Notes under the pieces: generated by a model
Databases searched by the model: none
Seen by the model: only the letters and a program-made list of their open reading frames with translations
Told to the model about the DNA's origin: nothing
Assembly: GCA_964057225.1 (NCBI GenBank)
Contig: OZ059898.1
Coordinates: 11,780,001-11,844,000 of the forward strand
Origin: Auanema rhodensis
Taxonomy: Eukaryota > Animalia > Nematoda
DNA: 64,000 bases
Direction of reading: 5' to 3'
Made by a program: the position numbers and the translations under genes
Shown here: positions 23,511-38,284 of the stretch, in pieces
Layout: every line of letters begins with the position of its first letter
How positions within the stretch are numbered: position 1 is the first letter of the stretch

Positions 23511-26500
23511 GCTATATATCTATATAGATAACTCTCTCTATATATATATATTAATTATATTAATTATAATACAAAAATATATGAATTATAGAGTAACGGA
23601 ATGAATCTGCGATGTAAAATCATTAGGAAGTATCTATCATCATGGTCTCAAAACTTAATTATTATTATTTTATGTGCTGTAGAAATTTAAAAATAATAAT
23701 ATTGCCTTTAATATTTATGTATTAAACAAATTAAATATATGTATATAGTTAACAAGAATCAAATGTATATTCTTGAAAATTATTTGAAATAAGTAAAGCT
23801 TTTGGAAATAATTCATCTGTTTTAACATCAAAATATTCTGAATCCTAAATAAAGAAATCAGTCAAGTATTTTCATGAAAAAACGATAAAAGTTGTTGAAG
23901 TACTTACATCGAGTGTACTCATCGTACTAAATTCTTCGCAGAAATCATTAAATGTTTTTGAAAAAAGTATTTCCTTATTAGTTAATTGGAATTGTTTGGG
24001 AGAAATGAAATCAACTGAATCAATCAATATTTTAAAAATAATTATTATAAACTGATATGCCTTTTATATGAAATTCACTAGTTATTGGTATATGATTCAA
24101 TATAGAAAATGCTACATCGTCTTCTTCCATTTTCACCGAAAAAGTTGAAATAAAACTGAAAAAATGAAAAGTTTTATATTCTTCACGTCAAATTCACGTC
24201 ACGTAAAAATATGTTGGAATGTTTAAGCAGATTCTTAAGTCATCAGCATCATCATCTAAGATTTCAATCAGACTGGTTTGATTTGTAAGATTTCGATCAA
24301 GTTGTATACCTACAGTTGACTGGCTGAATAGTACAGGTGTGATACTGTTTCAAGCTGCAAAAGATAAGAACTTGAATTTTAAACTTGTATGCCAATCAAT
24401 CACATAATAATCCCACATAAAACTTGTTCAATATGATGAATATGAAAGATTTTAAAAGAAATACAAATTATGTATTGTTGATTTAGAAATTATTTTGAAT
24501 AAACTATATATTTATAATTTATAAAAATTAAAAACAACGATATATATGTTCGTTTCATGTTAGTTTCTAGGGTCCCGGCCTTCTCTATAAGGTATGTATA
24601 TACATATCTAAGAAAAGGATAATAAACGAAAGAAAACAAATCAAGAAAACTTAATTCGTAAAAAGTTTTGTTAATATTTGGTACAAACATGTTCAGCTTA
24701 TTCTATTGATTACAATGATATGTAATATGATTAGTTTAAACAAGCATAAATCAAGTTCTAAGCTTTTAAAGCTTAAAAGCGTATTAGGCCGCTACAATAA
24801 ACTTTTTAAAATTTGTATGATTAGCTGATTGGTAAAAGGTTATCATACGAATTCAATCGATCACTCGAGTTCAAATCTTATAGAAACCTACAGTAATATA
24901 CATATTCATAGTTTTGATTGTTCATTCAATGTTTAACAATAATTTTTATTTTTTTTACATATTATATATGAAATATTTAATCAATTGAATAATAATAATA
25001 ATAAGATTATAACAATACATAATAATATTTTAAAATTCATATAAAATATAATTAAAGAGAAGAAAATAAATTGCAAATCGTAGATTATACATCTAAATTC
25101 AATTCATATATGTATGAATAACTATAAAATGACAGGTTTATGACATCAAATGTCATTATATTTTTATAAAAAATATTATTTTTGTACATTATTTATTATA
25201 AAATAATTAAAAAATTATATAAATAAATAATAAACATTAATGATTTTCAGGAATAAAAGTACAGTGTCAGGCTTACCAATGTACTCAATTTGAAAATGAA
25301 AAAGAATTTCTCAACTAAATCTTAAATTAAAGCTTTAAAGTTAAATTGTCTCAATATATAAATAATAGAAATATATAGGTTTATAAGAAAAATATTATTT
25401 GAAAAAAAAAATGAAAAATAAGAAAGAAATTATTCATCGTAATACTAGCTATAAGATAATTTTAGTTTATAGTTTGTACTTTGTTCTTAACCTAATCCCT
25501 TTTCTCTTGAATGTTTTTAAATAATTCTTGTTGTTATTCCCTTATATACATATTTTTATCAATAAAATTGCAAAAATAAATGTAAAAATGTTCTTTTCAA
25601 CCCCCAAGAGCTTGGTGTTCGTATTATTTTCGTATCAATGTCCCCAGATAGCAGCTATAGCTTGTTCTTAACTTCCAAAACGTTTTTTTCTCATTTAGTG
25701 TACTGGTTTTTTAGGTTTTGTTCTTTCATTTTCATAAATAAAGCATATTGGCAACTATTTATCTTTTCTTGGCAACATTTTTTAACTTCTTTCTCAGACA
25801 TATAGATAGATATATAAAGAAAGAAAGAGAAAAACTAAAGTAAATCTCTAGAGATTACAAAGAAGTAAAGTATAGAGAGAGGGAGAGGGAGGGAGAGAGA
25901 GAGAGAAATAGAAAAAAAAAGAAGCAGAACCATAAAAGCATGTATAAGATTCATGGTATAAGATGAAAGAATTTTATGAGCTTTTCGTTCAACTTTATTC
26001 ATTTGGCTGGGTATATACTCATTATTTGAGAATCTATAAAGATTTTTCATTTAATATATTGACGTTTTGGAATATTTTAAATTTGAAATGTCATATTCAT
26101 ATTGAATAACAGACGTGTTTTACTTTCAAATAAATAATAATAAGCTTGTTATAGTAGTATTAGCTTATGAACTGTTCAAATCTTAATAATGGAATTAGCT
26201 ATTTGTATTTTGAAATTAAGTATTAATCTACGTAGATGTGATCAAGTATGAATGCCATCCCACAGATTATATTTTTGACAATATTGTTTGAATTCTGTTT
26301 CTAGAGTCCCTGACCTTTAAGAAAGTTCTGAAGTTTGTATATAAGAGAACGGAAACGAGGGAAAGCTCTTCCCACTTGTTCTCTCTTTCTCCCCCACCCC
26401 TCTCTCGGTTTCAGTTCTTTTCACCTATCTCTTATTGTGTTTCTCATTGAGAAACAGTCAGATTCTCTCTCTCTCTCTCTCTCACTCTGTAGCAGAACTA

Positions 26501-27262
26501 AGATGAAAATTCTAGCTTCCGGTTCCTTAGACCTTCTTAGTTGCAACCCGATATTCACAAGTCAATAACACATTTGGCGCCTATTCGGAACTATCAAATA
26601 TACATAACATACACATAAACATACATGACTAATACCCTTCTTAATAGGTCGTCATTATCATCATTTCATATAAATTGGTAAAACTAGATGATATATAGAA
26701 TCATAAATCATATAGTAAGATAGTTATATCATAGAAGATATAATTGGAAGTACAATCATATCACATCATGGATCTTTGGTTTACCCCCCTTTTGCCATTC
26801 CGTATTCGCATATTATCCGTTTTTCGTGGTGAGTTCTGATGACATCTATGGCCATATGTCCATCAGCTTTTACCCAGATCATCTTTCTCACTCTTTATGT
26901 ATCTTTCTCTCTCTCTCTCTCTCAATCTCTCAATCTCTATCTCTTTCTCTCTGAAACCAATAAAAATATACAAAATATCTCTTTAGTTTCTTATTTTTCA
27001 TAGTTATAGCTTAATCTTATTCCATTTATGGCCATCAGATTGAACATAGAATCAGACGAAAAAAAAATCTTTTTTTTTCTCAACCAAAACATCTTTACTA
27101 CTAGTGTAGTATAGTAGTAAATAAATCAAAATACACTGTAACACTCTAATGGAACCTACATCTAGTATATTCTTGATCACATTAACCAAAGAAATGAAAA
27201 AGCTTGAATTACTGTGTGAATCAAGTGGAATATTGATGACTTGAAATGCTTGTTGACAACTA

Positions 27263-27326
<64 letters not shown>

Positions 27327-29054
27327 AGTATACCTTTTACTACATAAAACATAAATATTAGACTTTAGTTTTAAGACCAATAACGTAATATATTATAAAT
27401 GAAAGAATATATTGAGATATATGGTATTTATAAAAAATATATAAAGTTAACTATAGTCATTCATATAGATTAAGAATCTATTACATAACACCGTGAAATC
27501 TATTACATTAAGCTAGATGACGAGATAACATCTTCTGGAGCTTCCGAAAAATATTGAAGACAGGCACAACTCATCACTTCTCTTTCTTTTCATTCTTCTC
27601 TTTCTCTCTCACTCTTTTGTAATTTCTCAATTAAGATGAAAACGACGAAGGGAGTTTGATGATACAACTTGTCAACTAACTATAGAAATCTTCTTAAACC
27701 CAAACTCTCAATCTTTCTCTTTCTTGATTTCTCTTCAATAACACCAAATGACTCATTGTCTTCATGTCAATTTTGAACTATATATATACTTCAATGGAAC
27801 AAATAAAGACATTGAAAAGAGCAAGCAACACCGGAAACGTATTTGAAATTACTTGTCGTATTGAACACTTTTTGATTTATCTTTTCTACTGTCTTTTCTT
27901 TCAAATATATAACTAACTATACTAATTCTTCTAGTCTTTGCCGACTTCTCGTCGAAGCCTCATTAAGACTATCTTTTAGAGTTTCCATTTCATAATTACT
28001 TTTGGAGGAAAAAAAGTTGAAAAAAGTCATTTTCTTTCTTCTTTTTCTTCAACACACAGTTTTTCTCAACGGTTCTGCTTCGTCTCACCCGGATCATTTT
28101 AGTCTTTTGAAACCTAATTGAATCTTCCTAAAATAGCTTGGTCCCTCAACTCTTTCTCTCCATAGTCTTTCTCGTTTCTCTTTTTCTTTTTCTTTTTTTT
28201 TTCTAATTTTCTCTTTTCTTTTGGTCATTGCTGTGCAACTAATTTACATTCTACATGTAGCTGTTTCAACATCATGTTCCACAATTTTGTTCTAGTTTTT
28301 AGAGCTAGATCTGAAGCTTCTGAATTGGTGAAAATTTAACTAAGAGATGGCACATGGTAAAAATGAGAAGCCATGCCCAACAAAGCTATTTTTATAACTT
28401 TTATCCATATATTAGATATAGACGAGAGAAAAAGCCTAAATTTAAATACAAAAAGCTATGTAGAACACATTTTATGAGAGCAGAAAATATTCTGGCTCTC
28501 TCTTCTCTTCTTCTCTCATGGATATAGATATATATATACACGAAACATTTTTTTTATTGGATAACAGCTTCGCATGGAAACAACGAAAGGACATCGACTG
28601 ATGTTGATGATGAAAGCCAAGCTACAGAAACATGCATTTACACAAGCATCTACCAATGTTTTCAAGCTGTTTCAAGAAAATTCTAGACAGCATTTTCCAT
28701 TTTGGCTAATCCTCCTTAACATTGTCGTCTTCATCGCGATTGATTTGCCAGAATAATAAGAAAATACATGAAAATGGTTAACAAAGGAAAACAGAGGGAG
28801 AGAGAGAGAGTCAAGCTTGTATAGGATGAGAACATCAATCCAACTACGACTTGATCTCATCAGAATTGAATTGAGAAATGCATAAATTTATATTTCTTGT
28901 TTGGTCAGCAGCAAGCTCAGTTCTCATGTAGATAGATGAACCACCAAAAATGCAAATAACCCAGCTGTTTTTTGGCCGAATGCAAATTTATCAGAACGAT
29001 TGTTTCTGCAGGTCCCTTGTCTCTATCCAGAAAATGAGCTGTTTTCGTTTTTTC

Positions 29055-29230
29055 GCCATCATCATCATCAACGTCGTCGTGGTCGTCGTCGTCACTACTA
29101 CCATCACCATCATCATCATCACCATCTTCTTCTTCTTCTTCTTCTTCTTTCTCTTCCTCTCATCACTGTCCTCATCAAAATGGACGTCGTTGCCGTCGTT
29201 TTCGTATGTCGTCGCGGCAGTTATCGTCAT
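29055..29230. repeat. Compound trinucleotide low-complexity tract (CAT/CGT/CAC/CTT)
   Basis: Consecutive short runs of different triplets. Confidence 0.85.
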
Positions 29231-32200
29231 TGTGGTTATGGCTGTGTCTATAGAAGAGGAGAAAAACCCTGAACGAGATGATATAGAGAAGAATTAGGGG
29301 AAACAGACGATGCATGTCAGACACGTACCGCCAAAACCTAATATAGAATCAGACGACGATGGGCCCCACACTAACAATGCATCGACAGGAACAGCTCTTT
29401 ATAGATAAGCACATGACGTTATGGTCGTCGTCGTAGCCGTTGTCATCCGACTTCTTACTCTCTAATGTCACTTTTATGGATTCATTTAGGTTTACATGGC
29501 AGTATATTCATATATATGAACAGATGAAATGAACGATGTATAGTCAGAGAAAAGGTATGAAGTAGTGGACATAAGCTTCTTGGTATGCATATAAACAGAC
29601 AAACGTTCATTAATAATAAAATAACATGTGGCTAATGTGAGTTCATATCTCGTCGAAATGCTCCTTGTTCCTTTTTCCCATTTTCGACCTCAGATGGTTC
29701 AAATTCAATGGATATTTCGGTCACACTGCGTGCATTATAAGCCCATTTCGTTCATCGAATCACTTAATGGCAGCTATTTTTGAGCATTAAATTCATTTAA
29801 ATATGATTACTGTAATTTAGCCATTATGTGCTATAAAGAATATATTCTCATCATATGAGATGAGCACAGTTGAAGTTTCAACGATACAAGCACATTCGAA
29901 ATTGCTTAGTCCCGTCCTATAATGCCCTCCGATGCATCTAATTCTCCATAATTTATAGCCATAAGCTGGATACTTCACTTTACTTTCTTTTAAAAATTGT
30001 CATTCGGGCATTTGCTGTCATAGATCCCAACTTTTCTATACTATCAACTACTCAAATCAGAAGACTCCATCAGTCATCTGCAAGGCCTCTGGTGCCTTGC
30101 CATCTCCTTAGAGGCTCATTTCCGTTATACGAAGAGGAGCTTACTCTCTGTTTCTCTCTCTCTCTCTTTCATCATTCCCTTTTCCCTTTCTTCTATGTCT
30201 TCGTTTTCTACACATCGTCATCTCAGCGCAAACCCTAAAAGCAACTCTAGCTGACAGAGCAAATGACAAAAACAGCAGCAGTTTTTCCGAGTTCAAGTTC
30301 GAGACCAAGCCGCCTTTGAGAAATAGTTCCGCTGTGAAGCTTAAAAGAACATTAAGATAAACTAAAGCACTTCGTATTCATCATTTGAACTTAGATCCTA
30401 TATCCTTATAATTCTTGGACAATTATATACATAACCCTAGATCGTTAATCAGAAACTATGACTTGAAATGTTTCATGTGGCTCATAAGATGGATATCCTT
30501 TTGAAGCAAGCAATCTTCTCCCACTTCATATGTTTAAGATTCTGAATAGAGTGCCCAAATTCCTTGTGACAAACACCAAACTGAAACGCAACATAGAACA
30601 GAGAGTATGAAAACCAAATCCCTGAAATGATTTTCCCCTAAACGAAAAAAAAAAGATAATTTCAAAGCTTTGCTGGTTTCTGTTTTTGTTTGGACATACA
30701 CACATATAAATATATACATATATATACATCTTCCATCATGTAGAGGTTGTTCCTTGAAGAAAGGGAAAAAGCTTTGTTTTCCGGGCTCGTTCTCTCATCA
30801 TCTATGACCCTGACGACTTGAAGCCTATTAGATTTACGGTAATCGATGTCCATGTGTTCCGGATACAGTCAACGGATGATGATGACAGGCTACCACTTGA
30901 AGGAGTATACTTTGAAAGTGAAAGACCGGTTCAAGATGGACAAGTATGCGAAGATTTCGAGGATTGCAAGCCTTATATCGAATAGAAACCAAATCGTTTT
31001 TCTCTTTCAAATCCCACCAAACGACTTGTTTGATAGAGATGTTTGAAATCGAAAATACTCGTATTGTAGAATCCCTGTCACAAATTCGTCGCTTCACAAC
31101 ATGTCAAATCGAAAAAAAGTTGAAAATTAGGAAAGGAATTACAAACAATGCATATAATCTGCGAACAACATGCCGTCAAATCGAGTCCACGATGACATTT
31201 CCAATCAATTACTAGAGAAACATCTTGTTTTTTTCAATGATTGCCGAGACATTTATTGAATTGATGGCCAGAACTACTAGGTACATACTTAACGGCGTTC
31301 TACTTTCTGCCTCAAAACTATTTTATTTGTCTTCTTCCTATACGTTGTCACCTCGAAAAGAGAAAGAGTCCCGTGTTCTTCACACTAATTAAACTGGACG
31401 GCTATATGCTGCCACAAAGTGTTTCCTTTCGCTTTTCAAATGATAGATGGATCATCGTATCTGTCTTCCGTTCAAAAAAACCTCAGTCTGTTTCCGGACA
31501 CAAAAGATGTAAAGCAGCTGAATAAGATGAAAAAGAGAGCAATTTTTCACTAAATTCTTCTTTTCATTTAATGATAGATGTACGCGATTCAAAAAGCCTC
31601 AGCAAATAGTAACAATATGAAGTGAAAACGAAGATCACAAAAACCGAAACATATTGCAATGAGCTCTAGGATGTTGCAGTCGTTCCTTCCCTCTATCTAT
31701 CTATCTATCTATCTATTTTGATGTCTCTCTCTCTCTCAATGCGTAGGAAAACTATGTAAGACTGATTCAGAAAAATTAGAAGAATTAGAATCATCTGACT
31801 CAGCTTAGTGTTAGTTCAAAGAGAGGTTGCGCTTTCTATTCACGAACTGTTGGTCGTATATTTGCTCGATGAATACAAAGGTATTATTCTTAAAAACACT
31901 TTCTGGAGGAACAGAAGAAAAAGCAGAATTTCTTATAGAACTTTATTCTTAAACATTTGAAAATGTGTGAAAGGAACGATAGTTCCTAGGAAGACGTTGA
32001 ATAAGGACTCAACGAAAAATGACTATGTTCGGAACAATAAAAAATCATAATAATAATAAAAAATATTCCAATTGTTAAGTAACTGAATCTAAAATGAAGT
32101 ATACAATTCCATACAAATTGAAATCACTATGGTAAAAAAAATTATAAAACAAAGAAAGAGTCGGTGTATCAACGTGAAAAAACAATAACAAACAGTCCAA

Positions 32201-33051
32201 AAATAATAATTACGATGTTGGATGAACAATTTTTTATTGATGAGAGAAGAGCAACGTGGTCATGCTCTTAGTTATTAATTGAGAAGATTTGAAGAATGCA
32301 AAATACCCATAAGAGAAGGAATTATTATGAACATATTCATATTTCTACATAAATGGGCAACCACGTGGCAATTCGTACATCATCTGCATGATGGCAGTTT
32401 CACTAGATTTTTCGCAATGAAAAGATACAAAGAGATAGTGAGAAGCTACACAATCTGACTGGGAAAGGTAAACTGGGATCGGAATAACTAGAACATCACT
32501 TTTCTTGTGAGGACAAGTAGAAAAAAGAAAATATATATAGAAAGTAGTGAGTGACAGCAGGGTTAGGGCTCTCCACCAGCCATAAAGCCAAAACAATCTG
32601 GTGTCAGACCGAAGGACATCGTTATCATCATGCGAAAGGAATCAACGAACGTATATGAAGCCAACCGAGACGCGGGCCAGGCCCCACGGCGCCCCACACC
32701 CGTACGCGGCAGCACCGACGGCACGAGATCAAACGGTTAAGCCGTTCCGGAAAATTTTGTTCACTCTTCAACATACTGGGATCTCGGTTTCACCAGGTAG
32801 AAGACATTCACCCCTCTTCCTATCCAAAAAACGCTGTTCGAACTCAAAGCGCTCTAGCACCCAAGGCAGGCAAAGAGGCCAGAATAAAAAACAAACGTTG
32901 AAAGGACGAAGCAGGAAAGCTATGGAGCAACAACGGGTGAGCACAGATCGAAGTAAATTGGGAGTGAGGAAAAGGTGGAACGGTTAAGCCGACAGCGAAT
33001 GTACACGGCTACACAAGCAATCACCGTAGGGCAGCATCACAGAGGAGTCGA

Positions 33052-36000
33052 CTAGTAGCGAGGCGGCAACTGACCGCTGACTGAAACACACCCATTAGGC
33101 AAGCGTGAGTTAAGCTTTTCTTGATTCTAATCAGATATTTACAGCAACAAGCGACATACAGTTCTTTAGAGAACGACAGGCTATTCAAGCATTTTTCAAG
33201 TAGATTCATCGAATCAAATCTACTTCAAATTAGTGTTAGAGCAGTGAATCTCAATAGCAGCTAATACGTATGATTAGCCTGCAGGATGCAAAAAAAAAAC
33301 GACTGTGTGTTGCTTGTTAGGAACTTTGAAAAACTCTTATTGTTAAACTTCGTCTAGCGCAGCTATCAAAATCATCGACAGAATTCATGTTCTCGCTTTC
33401 GAAACAGATTTTTTTAAATTTTTTTGAACGAAAGCGGATTGTTTGTCAGAGATAACATGATTATTCTGGTTCATAATTAACGTGTGAAAAAGCGAAAGTG
33501 CCATAAATCGTTACATAATTCGCGCATCTTAAAAACAAGAGAACGAGAAGTTGAACTTTTGTTTTGCTCTAGGAGCTAACACGGGGAAAATTCTAGGAAG
33601 GAATATAGTACTCACAAGACACAGCAGGCACATAGCCTTGCAGACCCTGAAGTAGGTAGGGATTGAACTGTTGGGTGGGCTGACCCTGATAGACAACAGT
33701 TCCATTTTTATCCAAAGCGGGACGTTTGCATGGTACTCCAGCCTGAAGAAGAATTGATTATGATAAGTACAAACACACGAAATGGAGTGCTGACTATCGT
33801 TCATGCCACAACACGCCACTGCGTTAGAATATTGAACTAAACAGAAAACAAAACAACCGTCACTTCTGGCTGTGAGATTACTCCAGTAGGGTTGACATAG
33901 AAAATTACCAAAAAAATAGAAGATAGGATCAGCGGTTGAAACTAACAGAGAGAAAGAAGAAAATAACTGGATAGAAACAGAGCGAAAGCAAATTTAGCGG
34001 TAGCAAAGAGCACCAAAACAGCAAAAAAAAATTAATAGCGGTATACGCTTGTTTTTCTCTTCTTCTGTTCTCTCGAGATGTCAGATTAACCGGAAGCCAT
34101 CTCCCATGTAAGACATAAAATCACACAGCAAGAAGTGACGGTACGAAAAGAAAGAAATAATACCGCAGCAGACACGGCAGCAGCCAGGTTGAGCAGATGA
34201 GCTTGTTGACTGTTACTTGTTACATCTTCATCCTCCATTTTTCTCTTCCGACTTAGTTTAGCAGCTTGTGTTGTCGTATGCTGCACGACGGACGGAGGCA
34301 AGGTAAGCGCGGGCGTCGACGTCAGATTGGGCTGAAGAACTGTTAGCTGAGCAGCTGCCTGCGCAGCTAATAGTCCTCCATGCCCGCCATGTCCTCCAGA
34401 TCCACCACCACCGCCCGCGCCCTGTAGCAGTGCCGCAGCCTGCAGTTGCTGAACAGAGCTCTCAGCTTCAAGCCATGCACAATACACGTTAGGCGCAAGG
34501 GCTAGGCATCAAGTGTGGTTTGATTTATGATGAGAAAATGATCATTTACATTGAATTAATAAAGAAAACTATCGATCTTTCGGAAAATTTCGATTTTTTT
34601 CTGTTTTTGAATATTACACCACGAACGAAAGTGCAAAATGTAGCCGGTATATGATATTGATAGTTGCGAAAGAGGCAAAAGAGGGTTATAACCAAATCAA
34701 CTACACGGCAGGAACGTGCAAAAGTGTATGACAATAACGCCTTATGAGAGAGCCTTAGTACAAGCAAGCAAACGTATTCAAAAAGTTACCTGAGTTACAG
34801 CAGCTTGGTATGGATCTTGTAACATAGCAGCGGCAGGATAAATCATACCCTGGTAGTATGGATAATGCAATGTTGGAATTAGGTTGGCGGCAGCAAGGTT
34901 TGCTTGTTGCTGATGCTAAAAACACAAAAGTTAGCAAAAAAGCAGATGTTATCAAAGGATATGCCTGAGAAACAAAAAAAATGTCAACGTACCAATTGTA
35001 TTTGCTGGAGAGATTGAAGTGGATTAACTAGAGGTGTGGCACCCGTTCCTTGATTCAGCTGTGCTGATATAAGATTCTTTAGAGCCAAATTGTTTCTTCC
35101 ATTTATGAGAAGCTGATCTTTAATGTGCTGTGGCGGATGAAGATATTTACATTTTGGATTTTCACGAGTGCACCGTCCCTGAAAATAGAAATGTTAAACC
35201 TATCGTTCAAATGACAGCCGTTTGCTATCAGTTTAGCGAAGTTTGAGTTTCCGATGACCGATATAAATTACGATGTTGGCTAACGCAGTCTTCACATAAT
35301 TAATCTGATCGTTGATGCGCATAAGACAATGTGAACTGATGATATCTTCTCACTCATTCTTATCACTCTTAAAGTCGACTGCTGTTGTTCCAACAGCTTG
35401 ATATGATTCGTTGTAACAATTATTCAACAGAGGAAGGTGATGAACTGAATCATAGATATGCAACATGCCGAAAACCAACACACATCTTTATATAATGATA
35501 ATAATATAATAGATATGTCTTTATATCACACAGCGTTACTCAAAGCCCCTGTGGCGCTCACTGTTGTCCAACTTATGGAGAGATCACTTCAAGCAGTTTC
35601 GCAGGCGCGATTCGTCAACTTTAGTGTTGAACTTGAATCAGTCACTTTGAGAAATGAGACAATGTCAACCACAATAGGGCTAGAATTGCACAAGAACTGA
35701 ATACTTTATCGGCGCCATGCATGTATCCCGCTTTAACATTCGATTTCTTAACAGAGTCTAGAGTAAGAACTGTCAGAAAAAAAATTGTAGCACAACAGTT
35801 CAGCCACTGAAATACTGTTCAGCTGTATTAATCCATTGTAATCTGACCGGTTCTTAAGCTTATAGTCTTTTAAAAACAAGCAATCGGTCCAGGTTGAGCC
35901 TAATAAGACCCCTAAGATGCACAACTGGAACAACCCGGGTAAAGTATAGCTTATTTTATGGCTACAAACGCGTATAAAATAACGAAAACACTAATACATT

Positions 36001-38284
36001 TTGCAAAAATACTAATAACAGCCGCTGTCTTCTCAAACAAGCAGATCTTATAGCAAACAAACCGGACAAGCAAGTTACAGGAGGAATATTTTTTTTTGTA
36101 TAAATGTCTTTACTAAGCAGGAAATGAATTGATGTAAACATCTGACTATTCCATCTACCCTTCTACATGAGAGAAATTAAGAAACCGAATGTGAAATCCT
36201 AATCACACAAAATGATGGAAAACCTATTTTAACTACTAGCTCTGAAGAAGCAACAAACCGGATTCACAAACCCCCTTATTCGATCCTCCTCGTCGTTTCA
36301 CGACCAGCGTTGTCTCCAATTCAGACGACAGTCCCCTTGGGACCGAGATCCTATGCTCTATCCAGATGGCCAATCTTCACCGCTCCCAACGCTCCGATAA
36401 CCTCGTCATGTCAAGCTGCTTGATAGATATGTAATTCTGCATCAAGACTTCTTTCAAATCCCCATAAACAGTACAAAAGCCCAGTGTTTTTGAAAACACA
36501 TATCAATCTATCAGCTAATAGTGACGAGGCAAAGATGTGACTTATGTAGAGAATAATGTGAATCATGGTCATGCGCTGAGAGTGCCCATATAGTAGTTTT
36601 GAAGGTTGTATAGAAAAATATCACATGACTGTCTGATATGTCGCATTACTATTATCTACATACTATTCAGAGCAGGAGCTCAGATCTACCCACTTATACA
36701 GCTCTTACAATCCCTGTATGTGCAAAAATGGCCTTGAATTTGGAAATTGCTTCCTTTCTTCTCTCATGAAATGCAGTTAGTTGATCCCTCAATGTCACTA
36801 TTGACATTTAGGCATAAGTAAGACCACACCCAGTTGGACGATTAACTAATACACTATGTATCAAAAATTCGAAAAACTTGAAGACAATATATCATAGTAA
36901 TAAGAAACGATAGAATGTAACCGTTGGGAGCATCATAAATAAATACCAGAACTCCGAGCCAGGGGCCATTTGAACTTTTACTCACACATCAGCACCCCTT
37001 CAAAAAACGGAGCAACACGCAACATTGATGGCTTATAGAAGTCGGCTCCAGCCCGAATCATTGAACTATTTTGCATTTGAAAGCAGCAGGGGCCAGCTGG
37101 CAACAGCCATCAATACGGCATTAAACAATGCAAAGAATAACGAATGGATGGCACAGAGTATGTATAGATGACAAACAGTTGATGATATACAATGATATCC
37201 TGGCATTGTCTCGAAAAGGCAAAAAAAAAGATTAGAAACACTTACTTTTATACTATCATAACAAGCTGTGACACGTCCTTGCTGTACATCAACATGAGGA
37301 GGTGGATGAGCAAATTTACATTCCTGATCACTTCGGGCACATTGGCCTCGTTGGAATTCACGGCATACTTCTACCTGAAATTTCATAATTTATGTATGCT
37401 TTGTTCATAGGCGTATCAAGTTGATTTTTCTCATCATCTCAGTTCACAAAGGGAAGCTCTTTCACCGTCATCATCGATTTCAATGAGGCATTACATCAAA
37501 TGAGGTACGTACATTTGGCAAGGCAATAATCCCTTGAAGAGCAACGATAAAAACCAACGAGGCTCAAATATGTGCTTCGAAAAAGCATCATCGTCCATCC
37601 ATTGGTATACATTTGCATTTCGCAAGAGCCTTAGACGCCTTAATTGTGCACCCCCTCAAAGCTAGAAACAGGCGAGCCGTGGTTCAACTCAATTAAAGAC
37701 AAGGCCCATTCTCATTCACTCTCCATAAATATACTGTAGCTAATAGAAGAAACATTCACAAGAAAAATAGAAAAAAATTTTGAACTTTCAGAAGATAAAG
37801 TGGTTATATCCTGTTTAATCATTAACCCCAGATGAATACTTAAAGAAGCTGCTCCCTTTTACTATTAATATGAAGAATAATGTAGGAAGCGACAACTTTG
37901 AAAGCTATAAACACACAAGAATAAACATGATTTCATTTTGAAGTGAGCAGCGACCTTATGTTTCTATTAGTAAACTACGACATTTATTTTACAAGACAGA
38001 TATCGACCCCCAAAGTACATGATTGATTGGTCAATTAGTTGACGAACTTAGTAAAAACTGATCAATTTTAAGTAGGAAAAAAACAAAGAGGCCGTTTTCA
38101 AAACGTTAATGAAAAAAAGAAAAATTCTTACCTGTAACCATCTAGAATCTTTGACATTTAAAAGCGATGCAAGAGCTGGGCTAGGAGAGGCAACATTGCC
38201 AGAAATTTGTCCTTGTGCAAGAGCAGCGGACGGAACTGAAGCTACTGAACCTGCTGTGGCCGTGTTACTGTTCTCGTCATACAT
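33052..38284 (-). CDS. mbl-1: Muscleblind-like CCCH zinc-finger splicing regulator
   Basis: Exons 38284-38132, 37374-37246, 35178-34993, 34915-34790, 34448-34164, 33742-33593 (or spliced at 33616 to 33080-33052). Motifs [63 protein letters not shown]. Confidence 0.96.

Noticed and set aside
24809-24853. Hairpin AATTTGTATGAT...ATCATACGAATT
   Set aside because: Too short and AT-rich for a pre-miRNA; no recognised seed
25645-25659. CAGATAGCAGCTATA shared with 14475 and its duplicate copy
   Set aside because: Only two independent occurrences and no flanking similarity
183-27380. Many ORFs with ERERER or SLSLSL runs
   Set aside because: Translations of (GA)n/(CT)n microsatellites
28950-29297. 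Overlapping ORFs with poly-H/R/V/T/F/K runs
   Set aside because: Open in several frames only because the triplet repeats lack stops; no splice or domain support
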